Position numbers and translations under genes: made by a program
Part shown: one piece after another, positions 8,757 through 15,568 of the stretch
How the letters are laid out: each line of letters opens with the position of its first letter
Position numbering within the stretch: the stretch's first letter is position 1
The notes under the pieces: generated by a model
What the model saw: only the letters and a program-made list of their open reading frames with translations
The model's database searches: none
Told to the model about the DNA's origin: nothing
Assembly: GCA_947631285.1 (NCBI GenBank)
Contig: CANRKS010000002.1
Location: forward strand, 1-43,111
Length of the DNA: 43,111 nt
Source of the DNA: an uncultured Bacilli bacterium
Lineage (GTDB): Bacteria > Bacillota_I > Bacilli_A > RF39 > UBA660
Reading direction: 5' to 3'

Positions 8757-9698
8757 TTATTTTCGGCCAGCTCCTCCACCACCAGAAGTGCCTCCAAAGC
8801 CTTCACCATGTAAACTGCAATCATTAGATGGTGCTAATAAACAGTTTAAGCATGACTTATATTCTTCTTCTTTAACATATTCTTCACTATTAAGTTGCAA
8901 TTGAGAAATTAGTGCTTTCAATAAATTAGGAAGAACAATTACAATGATACCAGCAACTACTCTTCTAATTAATGTTCCAGTAGCTTTAGAAATTGCTTTT
9001 TCATCATTAGATGTTACAGCTTTTCCAAAATCGACCATTCCTAAAACAATGATTATAAGAGGAATAATATAAATGGCAAGCCATAATATTTTTCCAATTA
9101 AAATTACGGCATTTCTTACATTTTCATTTGCACATACATTGTTATATTGTAAATTTGGCGTAGATGTACTTGGCTTAAAATTATCCCCAGGCGCAGGAGT
9201 AAGAGTTCCGCTTCCTTGCTCTTCTTCATTATTTTCAGAAGAATTATTGCCTGAATTTCCATTAGAAGCCGTATTTATAGAACACGCAATAATATAATAT
9301 TCATTACCTTTAGTATCCTTACTATTATATAGTAAAAAATATTTAGCGGCAGAATCTTGGCAAGAAACATTAACACTACTATCTAATTCACCATTATTAA
9401 CAATGCTTCTACTGTATACACAACCCGTTACTGTTTTAGTTTCACTTGGAGTTGTAATTTTTACAGAAGCCATTTTTATAAAATAATCATTAGATGAACA
9501 GCTTTTAACACTACTAAATTGCAAATTTTTATTATCACTAGTTGCTGAGTATTCTACTGATCCACCACCATCAGATTCATAAGTTGCATTTGGACTTACA
9601 GCAGCCATAGGATTTTCTAACAAAAAAAACTCTATGAAAACCACTATTAAAGCATACAAAAACAGTCTTATCTTTTTGGCTTTTTTCATATTTATCAC
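8757..9698 (-). CDS. Cys-rich exported protein with C-terminal VirB2/TrbC-pilin-like two-TM hairpin (P2)
   Basis: Signal peptide (IRLFLYALIVVFIEFFLLENPMAA). Low-complexity N/S/G/E linker. C-terminal TM, then loop DFGKAVTSNDEKAISKATGTLIRRV, then TM, followed by a Cys- and Gly-rich tail. The start may be ATG 9689 rather than GTG 9698. Confidence 0.6.
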   Translation of the reverse strand: MINMKKAKKIRLFLYALIVVFIEFFLLENPMAAVSPNATYESDGGGSVEYSATSDNKNLQFSSVKSCSSNDYFIKMASVKITTPSETKTVTGCVYSRSIVNNGELDSSVNVSCQDSAAKYFLLYNSKDTKGNEYYIIACSINTASNGNSGNNSSENNEEEQGSGTLTPAPGDNFKPSTSTPNLQYNNVCANENVRNAVILIGKILWLAIYIIPLIIIVLGMVDFGKAVTSNDEKAISKATGTLIRRVVAGIIVIVLPNLLKALISQLQLNSEEYVKEEEYKSCLNCLLAPSNDCSLHGEGFGGTSGGGGAGRK

Positions 9699-9709
9699 AA
9701 CCTACTAGA

Positions 9710-9738
9710 ATTATAACATGTTTTTTAGATAAATAAAA
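9710..9738 (-). promoter_or_regulatory. candidate promoter of the minus-strand T4SS-like operon
   Basis: Extended -10 on the minus strand, TGtTATAAT (TATAAT = complement of 9710-9715), with a weak -35 TTTTAT 17 nt upstream. Confidence 0.4.
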
Positions 9739-9769
9739 TAAATTTAAAAAAGTTATTTAACAAAAATGC

Positions 9770-9800
9770 AATTTATTTCAAAATGGAATTTATTCCAAAA
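9770..9800 (+). repeat. two 14-nt direct repeats with 17-nt period in the divergent control region
   Basis: AATTTATTTCAAAA (9770-9783) and AATTTATTCCAAAA (9787-9800), 13/14 identical. They lie between the two candidate promoters. Confidence 0.5.
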
Positions 9801-9835
9801 AATATAGATAAAATGATGATAAATTTAAAATTTTA

Positions 9836-9873
9836 TGTTATACTTTTCCTGTGACATATCCTTAATATATAAT
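9836..9873 (+). promoter_or_regulatory. candidate promoter(s) of the VirB6-like gene
   Basis: Extended -10 TGtTATACT (9836-9844) and a second TATAAT (9868-9873), both upstream of the GGGGAGG SD and ATG 9899. Confidence 0.35.
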
Positions 9874-9898
9874 TTTTTTATTTAGGGGAGGTAGAAGT

Positions 9899-12517
9899 AT
9901 GTTTATTAATATTTTGAATATTCCATTTCCGTTTGAAAAACAAATTGTTTCATTTCTTTTGTGGATTGATTCAGTAGGATATAGTATTTTTAGCTATTTT
10001 TATAAAACTTTTATTAAATTAGCTCAACAAGAATTATTTCAAGCTGATGCATTTCAAAAGGTTTATGATAATTTATATTTAATTTTTGGCGTAATTGCTT
10101 TATTTATGGTTTCCTATATACTTTTAAAATCGATGGTTGACCCTGATAATAATCAAAGCAATAAACAATTAAGAGATATGGGGGTAAGATTTATTTTATG
10201 CCTTATTTTAACAATATTATTACCTACTATATTTGATTTTCTAATCGATGTTCAAAATGCCATCTTAGAAAGAAATGTTGTACCCAAAGCAATTCTTGAT
10301 TCACAGATCATTGTTCAGGTAGTCGATGAAAATGGAAACAATATTGGTAATGAACAATATATCGATCAAAATAATATTAATTTAACATCTGATCTATTAC
10401 AAATTAGATCCAATGAAATGGTAGCAACCATTATTGGAGGATTAATGTATCCTTTAAAAACCGATAAAGATGCTTTTGATGGTGAAAGAGCCGAGCCTCA
10501 TAAAGTAAATGGCGTATACCATTACTATGAATCTTGGAATAACGAAAATAGTAATAAAGAATGGACTACTGATGTTTCAGAATGGTGGGATGGCAGTGCC
10601 AAAACAGTAGCTATGAGTATTGGATGCGGTGTTGGTATTGCTGGAACTATACTTTTGACTGTTGCTACTGGTGGAGCTGCAGCTGCTGCTGGTTCAACGG
10701 CATTAGTCGTTGCTGGTTCTGCAGGAGCAACAGCCACTGTTGGAGGAGTATCCCTAATAAGCCTTCTCCTTAGTTGTATTGCCGGAGGAGGAATAGCCTT
10801 AAGTGGTGGTGAACTTGCAGCAACTATAAGTGCTCATGAATTTACTTGGACTAATGCTTTAGAGGCTATTACTACTTATGGTAATTTTTCTCAAATAACC
10901 TTATTTGCTCAAGACATTGTAGATGGTAGGTTCCATTATACACCTATTATTTCTACCATTGTAGTTGGCTTACTAGTTTATATGATTGTAAGCTTCTGCT
11001 TCGATGTAGTTGTAAGACAAGCTAAGTTAATATTTTATCAATTGCTTGGGCCTTTATGCTTTATGATGAGCGTTTTGCCAAGCAAAAAAGATCTCCTTAA
11101 AAATTGGTTTAAAGTTGTAGTAACTACTTGGCTAGAAATATTCATTCGAATTGCTGTTTTGTGTTTTGTCGTCTTACTAGTTGGTAATTTGAATTTAGAT
11201 AATTTAACTAGCATATTCCATCCGACAATATCGGCCTTTATCGTTTTAGGCATTATCTTATTTGCTAAACAAATTCCAAAATTATTTAAAGACTTAACAG
11301 GCCTTGATTCTGGTAATATGAAATTAAATTTAAAAGAAAAATTATCAGATAGTGGTGCGTATGCATTTGCTGGTGTAGCTCTTGGAGGAGCCAAAAGATT
11401 ATCAAGAGGCATAACTAGTGGTATTAAAAAGAATTATGAGCAAAAAGATGGAAAATGGCAACGTAAAAATGGCGTTAGTCTAGGAACTGTTATTAAATCT
11501 GGTGTTGCTGGTGGTTTCAGTGCTGTTCCAGGAACTGTTGCAACTCAAATTAACTCCGGACGAGCTGGATATAAAGCCAAAAGTTGGAAAGACATGATGT
11601 CTGGAGTTAATAATGCCGTATCTAAATCTGAAGCAACTAGTCAAAAATTCAGCAAATATATTAATGATAATGGAGGAACCGTTGGAGGTGTTACAAAAGC
11701 TCTTGGTAAAGATGCATTTGATTTATTCCTAGGATACATTGGATTTGAACCTGACTTCTCTGTTTTAAAAGAACAAAAAGAAGCTGTTGATGAAATTTCT
11801 AAAACTTTAAAAGCTATGAAAGCCGTTAGTGAAGATTATATTGATAAACATAAACATGAATTCTTTTCAGCAGGTGGAACAATAATAGATACAACTGGTA
11901 AACAAGTTGAAGTCACTAAAAATCTTATTGATGATTATCAAGAATGGGTTACGATGAACGAAAGGGCTGCGGAAGCAACTAAAAAAGGTAATACTGCTGC
12001 AGCTGCTCAATATACTCAATTAGCTCAAAAATTAGAACAAGCAGCTTTAAGCAATAATATTAGTTTTAAATCTTTTGCCAAAGATTATCAAAATAACCGT
12101 TTAGATATCATGGAAGCAAGAATTGAAGAATTGAAGAAAAATGGCGGTAGCGCTTATGACATTGCTGAAGCAACTAACGCATTTAACAAAGCGAGAAAAG
12201 ATTTAGTAGACAATTTCATAACCGATTCTCAAAAACATAAAGGATCAGAACAAGAAGCGAGTATCTTACGTGAAAACATTGGTATGTTAAATAAGCAATT
12301 AGAAGATTTAAGTACTTCGGCTGTTGTTAAAACATTCCATGACGGTGTTGAAGGCATTTTTGATGGTGTTACCGAAACCAGAGCTGATGTTAAAGATGCA
12401 ACTGATTTTGTTAAATCTTTAAAGAAAGCTACTGAAGTTACAGAAGCTAATATTAATAGACAATATAATGAACTTCAAAGAAGAAATGCGAAAAAGCCAG
12501 GAAATAAAAGTAATTAA
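9899..12517 (+). CDS. TcpH/PrgH/VirB6-TrbL-like polytopic membrane protein with long hydrophilic C-terminal extension (872 aa)
   Basis: About 460-aa multi-TM N-terminal domain, including a Gly/Ala-rich block (GCGVGIAGTILLTVATGGAAAAAGSTALVVAGSAGATATVGG). Then about 380 aa of Lys/Glu/Ala-rich, probably coiled-coil sequence. Size, layout and position next to VirB3/VirB4 genes fit Gram-positive VirB6 analogues. Confidence 0.55.
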   Translation: MFINILNIPFPFEKQIVSFLLWIDSVGYSIFSYFYKTFIKLAQQELFQADAFQKVYDNLYLIFGVIALFMVSYILLKSMVDPDNNQSNKQLRDMGVRFILCLILTILLPTIFDFLIDVQNAILERNVVPKAILDSQIIVQVVDENGNNIGNEQYIDQNNINLTSDLLQIRSNEMVATIIGGLMYPLKTDKDAFDGERAEPHKVNGVYHYYESWNNENSNKEWTTDVSEWWDGSAKTVAMSIGCGVGIAGTILLTVATGGAAAAAGSTALVVAGSAGATATVGGVSLISLLLSCIAGGGIALSGGELAATISAHEFTWTNALEAITTYGNFSQITLFAQDIVDGRFHYTPIISTIVVGLLVYMIVSFCFDVVVRQAKLIFYQLLGPLCFMMSVLPSKKDLLKNWFKVVVTTWLEIFIRIAVLCFVVLLVGNLNLDNLTSIFHPTISAFIVLGIILFAKQIPKLFKDLTGLDSGNMKLNLKEKLSDSGAYAFAGVALGGAKRLSRGITSGIKKNYEQKDGKWQRKNGVSLGTVIKSGVAGGFSAVPGTVATQINSGRAGYKAKSWKDMMSGVNNAVSKSEATSQKFSKYINDNGGTVGGVTKALGKDAFDLFLGYIGFEPDFSVLKEQKEAVDEISKTLKAMKAVSEDYIDKHKHEFFSAGGTIIDTTGKQVEVTKNLIDDYQEWVTMNERAAEATKKGNTAAAAQYTQLAQKLEQAALSNNISFKSFAKDYQNNRLDIMEARIEELKKNGGSAYDIAEATNAFNKARKDLVDNFITDSQKHKGSEQEASILRENIGMLNKQLEDLSTSAVVKTFHDGVEGIFDGVTETRADVKDATDFVKSLKKATEVTEANINRQYNELQRRNAKKPGNKSN

Positions 12518-12527
12518 GAGGTAAAAA

Positions 12528-12899
12528 ATGATAATAACATTTCTTGTAATTTATATAATAATTTTTTTAGGAGATTACTTCTTATTTAAAAGATTTAAAA
12601 TATTTATGATTAATGAATATGATTATTTATTAACCAGATTTAAATTAAAAGATAATGAGAAAGATCGTAAATTGGCAAAATTAATTTGTAGTTTACTTAA
12701 TTCATTAATTATTTCTTTAGTATCTACCTTTATCATTTATATAAAATTACCTCTTTATCTAAAATTTCCTTTAGCATTTATCTTATTAGTTGCGTTAATT
12801 TATAGTATTTATGGCCTTTATGGAAGTATACTAAGGAGGAAGCAAAATGAAAGAAAAAAAAGTAAAAGTAAAACAAAAAGACAACAATCAAAAAAATAA
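12528..12899 (+). CDS. small membrane protein with Lys/Arg-rich tail (123 aa)
   Basis: AAGAGGT SD 7 nt upstream. Three hydrophobic segments. Starts 10 nt after the VirB6-like stop. Confidence 0.5.
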   Translation: MIITFLVIYIIIFLGDYFLFKRFKIFMINEYDYLLTRFKLKDNEKDRKLAKLICSLLNSLIISLVSTFIIYIKLPLYLKFPLAFILLVALIYSIYGLYGSILRRKQNERKKSKSKTKRQQSKK

Positions 12900-13062
12900 T
12901 AATAAAGTTTACTTTATTCAAAGTTTATTGTTTTCTCTATTGTTTCTAGTAATATTAATTATGCGTTTAGAAATGACCTTTAGTTTAATCTTTTTCTTAA
13001 TTAGTATTGCGCTTACTATTATTTATGGTTACAAATATATTAATGATAATGATAATAAATAA
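12847..13062 (+). CDS. small two-TM membrane protein (71 aa)
   Basis: Strong AGGAGGA SD 6 nt before the ATG. Overlaps the previous ORF by 53 nt in the +1 frame. Followed by a terminator. Confidence 0.5.
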   Translation: MKEKKVKVKQKDNNQKNNNKVYFIQSLLFSLLFLVILIMRLEMTFSLIFFLISIALTIIYGYKYINDNDNK

Positions 13063-13083
13063 CCCCTATTCTGGGGTTTTTTT
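13061..13083 (+). terminator. rho-independent terminator ending the plus-strand T4SS-like unit
   Basis: AACCCC (13061-13066), loop TATTCT, GGGGTT (13073-13078), then T-run. Confidence 0.65.
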
Positions 13084-13249
13084 AATGATAAATAATCATT
13101 GCACTAAAACAATATAATTGCTCTTCTCCACTTACACCAATTGCTACTTGATACTTAATATCAATTACATCAACATCTTTAGAAAGAAAATCATTTATAC
13201 TTGTTTCTAAATCTCTTTCACACTCTTCATCAATTACTTTTACTTTCAT
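13082..13249 (-). CDS. Cse60-like small protein
   Basis: MKVKVIDEECERDLETSINDFL...VIDIKYQVAIGVSGEEQLYCFSAMIIY matches the pattern I recall for the about 60-aa Bacillus sporulation protein Cse60. ATG 13249 has GGTGA 8 nt upstream; the ORF-track start at 13264 has no SD. Confidence 0.45.
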   Translation of the reverse strand: MKVKVIDEECERDLETSINDFLSKDVDVIDIKYQVAIGVSGEEQLYCFSAMIIYH

Positions 13250-13325
13250 AATATTAGTCACCATAATTAATATAACAAATTTAATTATGATTTTTTGTCA
13301 AAATATAGAATTTAGTACTTAAATA

Positions 13326-13354
13326 ATGAAAATTTAAAATTTCTATGCTATAAT
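13326..13354 (+). promoter_or_regulatory. candidate promoter of ppaC
   Basis: Extended -10 TGcTATAAT (13346-13354) with a weak -35 ATGAAA. GAAGGTGG SD follows. Confidence 0.45.
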
Positions 13355-13375
13355 TTTTTTGAAGGTGGTTGGCAA

Positions 13376-14992
13376 ATGGAAGACAAAGTATATATTTTTG
13401 GTCATAAAAATCCGGATACTGATAGTGTTTGCAGTGCCATAGGCTTATCATATTTACAAAATGCCTTAGGAAATAATACTGAACCAAGAATTTTATCAGA
13501 AATTAATGATGAAACACGCTATGTTTTAAAAAAATTTAAGGTTAATATTCCTGAAATTCTTAATGATGTTAAATTACAAATTAGAGATATAAATTATCAT
13601 AAAAATTTTATGGTCAATATTAAAGAATCCGTTTATAATGCTTTCTTTTTAATGCAAGAAGAAAATATGAGTACTATTCCCGTTGTTAATGAAAATGGTA
13701 CTTTTGTCGGAGCTTTTGCTATGAAAGACATTGCTAAAAAAGAAATTTTAGGAGATAATCATTTCTTAACAACTAATTATAACCACATTTTAAAAACAAT
13801 TGATGGCAAAGAAATATTAAAATTTGATCAAGAGATAGATGGAGAAATAGTTAATATAGGTATTCGTAGTTCATCTGTTTATAATAGTGATATTTTTAAT
13901 TCTAAAACAATTTTAATTATTGGGGATCGCCATTCAATTATTGAAGATGCTTTAAATAAAAAGATAAAGTTAATTGTTGTAACATCAGGTAAAGAATTAA
14001 AGAAAGAACATTTAGCTTTAGCTCGGCAAAATAAAGTTAATATTATCTATACTAATAAAAATTCTTATGATACTCTTTTAACAATCAGTTTTGCTAATTA
14101 TATTGAAAGTTATCGCTATACTAAAGAATTAGTTTGTGTAAATGAAGATACTTATATATCTGATTTTAATGAAATAGTTAATAAAACAAGGCATAGTTAT
14201 TATCCCATTATAAATAAACATAATCATTGTCTAGGCTTAATTAAACTTTCTGATTTAAGAGATAGTAGTCCAAAAAGAGTATTTCTAGTGGATCATAATG
14301 AAATGAGCCAAAGTGTAGAAGGTTTAGATGAAGCCCAAATAGTGGGGGTTATTGATCATCATAAATTAGGAACATTAGGAACCATGGAACCAATTAATTT
14401 TCGAAATATGATTGTTGGTAGTACATGTACGATTGTTCATGAATTATTTAAAGAGAATAAAGTAAAAATTCCTCCAGTGATTGCTTCTTTACTTCTTTCA
14501 GGAATTATTTCGGATACACTCATGCTTAAAAGCCCTACGACTACGAAGATTGATGAAAAAGTAGTAAATGATTTAGTTAAAATAACTAATTTAAATCCTG
14601 AAAAATTAGCAATTGAAATGTTCAAGGCTAATGATGCCACTAAGTCAAAAAGTTTAAAAGAAATTATTTATATGGATTTTAAAACATTTAATATTGATAA
14701 AACTACAATTGCTATTAGTCAAGTTACAACTTTAAATGCTAAGACAATCTTAAAACAAAAAGCAAGTTATATTAAATTCTTAAATAAAGAAGCTCTTAAT
14801 AAGAATTTCGATATTATGGTTTTAGCTATTACTGATATCTTTAAAAATGGTTCATATCTTTTATATAATGAAAAAGCTTCTGATACTTTAAAAGAAGCTT
14901 ATAATGAAAAATTACAACAAGGAGATTTTATGGCTGAAATGGTCTCAAGAAAAAAACAAATACTTCCCCCAATTATCAAAGTTTTAAAATAA
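13376..14992 (+). CDS. ppaC: CBS-domain-containing family II (Mn-dependent, DHH) inorganic pyrophosphatase
   Basis: DHH motifs FGHKNPDTDSV, LVDHNE, VIDHHKLG. DHHA2 motif LSGIISDTLMLKSPTTT. An insert of about 250 aa between DHH motifs, as in CBS-PPases (538 aa). Confidence 0.85.
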   Translation: MEDKVYIFGHKNPDTDSVCSAIGLSYLQNALGNNTEPRILSEINDETRYVLKKFKVNIPEILNDVKLQIRDINYHKNFMVNIKESVYNAFFLMQEENMSTIPVVNENGTFVGAFAMKDIAKKEILGDNHFLTTNYNHILKTIDGKEILKFDQEIDGEIVNIGIRSSSVYNSDIFNSKTILIIGDRHSIIEDALNKKIKLIVVTSGKELKKEHLALARQNKVNIIYTNKNSYDTLLTISFANYIESYRYTKELVCVNEDTYISDFNEIVNKTRHSYYPIINKHNHCLGLIKLSDLRDSSPKRVFLVDHNEMSQSVEGLDEAQIVGVIDHHKLGTLGTMEPINFRNMIVGSTCTIVHELFKENKVKIPPVIASLLLSGIISDTLMLKSPTTTKIDEKVVNDLVKITNLNPEKLAIEMFKANDATKSKSLKEIIYMDFKTFNIDKTTIAISQVTTLNAKTILKQKASYIKFLNKEALNKNFDIMVLAITDIFKNGSYLLYNEKASDTLKEAYNEKLQQGDFMAEMVSRKKQILPPIIKVLK

Positions 14993-15011
14993 AGGATTAT
15001 GTCCTTTTTTT
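14991..15011. terminator. terminator between convergent ppaC and the NUDIX gene
   Basis: AAAGGA (14991-14996), loop TTATG, TCCTTT (15002-15007), then T-run. Confidence 0.45.
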
Positions 15012-15450
15012 AATTTAATTTATAACCTAATTTTTCTAAAGAATAAATAGTAAAAGGAGTTAATTCTTCTTTTTTTAAATCTTTAATTTTATACCAATTA
15101 GCCCCATTGGAATCTAAACCATCGGCATCACTTTTTAAATTTTTTTCTGCAATTTCTACTTTATATAAAATACCAATATGATGTAAATCTTCCATCAAAT
15201 CTTCGTCCATTAGCCACTTAATATTGGTACTTGTTACTGAAAATAATTCATATTTTTTAACTGTCCCATTTACTTCTTCTTTAACTTCTCTTATTAAAGC
15301 TTCATCAGGAGTTTCTTCATGTTCAATTCCTCCTCCTGGTAAATCAAGCTTTCCAGTATAACCACCTCGAGCTTTTTTAATTAAAGCAATATTTTCATTC
15401 TTAATAATTGTGCCATAAGAACCAATATGAGTATTAACTTCTATCTTCAT
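15010..15450 (-). CDS. NUDIX hydrolase
   Basis: Nudix box GGGIEHEETPDEALIREVKEEVNG (Gx5Ex7REUxEExGU). Confidence 0.85.
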   Translation of the reverse strand: MKIEVNTHIGSYGTIIKNENIALIKKARGGYTGKLDLPGGGIEHEETPDEALIREVKEEVNGTVKKYELFSVTSTNIKWLMDEDLMEDLHHIGILYKVEIAEKNLKSDADGLDSNGANWYKIKDLKKEELTPFTIYSLEKLGYKLN

Positions 15451-15516
15451 AAGTCACCCTTCTTTATATTAAGTATAACACGAAGAAGACTGAATAATAA
15501 ATGGTTAAATTGGAGC

Positions 15517-15545
15517 TTCATTAATTTACTTATCAGTGCTATAAT
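15517..15545 (+). promoter_or_regulatory. candidate promoter of the glycosylation operon
   Basis: Extended -10 TGcTATAAT (15537-15545), identical to the ppaC one. AAAGGAG SD before ATG 15569. Confidence 0.45.
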
Positions 15546-15568
15546 ATTTCTAAGCAAAGGAGCTATAA

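Noticed and set aside
9073-9297. 74-aa ORF antisense to P2
   Set aside because: It is embedded in the longer minus-strand ORF, has no SD, and is an antisense artefact of low-complexity coding sequence.
10525-10773. Two short ORFs (70 aa minus strand, 63 aa plus strand off-frame) and a locally GC-richer patch; considered as a repeat or hypervariable cassette
   Set aside because: The patch simply encodes the Gly/Ala-rich transmembrane block of the VirB6-like protein (GCT/GGT/GCA codons). The extra ORFs are frame artefacts, with Cys/Trp- or Ala/Pro-rich nonsense composition.
11038-11412. 124-aa ORF antisense to the VirB6-like gene
   Set aside because: It has no SD, lies fully within the 872-aa ORF, and has no recognisable features.
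4854-13062. Interpreting the T4SS-like block as a complete integrative conjugative element
   Set aside because: No relaxase, coupling protein, integrase/recombinase, oriT-like repeat or flanking direct repeats are visible in the window. It is reported instead as an orphan module whose wider context needs checking.
13281-13487. 68-aa minus-strand ORF spanning the ppaC promoter and start
   Set aside because: It overlaps the ppaC SD, start and promoter, has no SD of its own, and has an odd His/Tyr/Phe-rich composition.
14437-14640. 67-aa ORF antisense to ppaC
   Set aside because: It is embedded in a conserved gene and has no SD.
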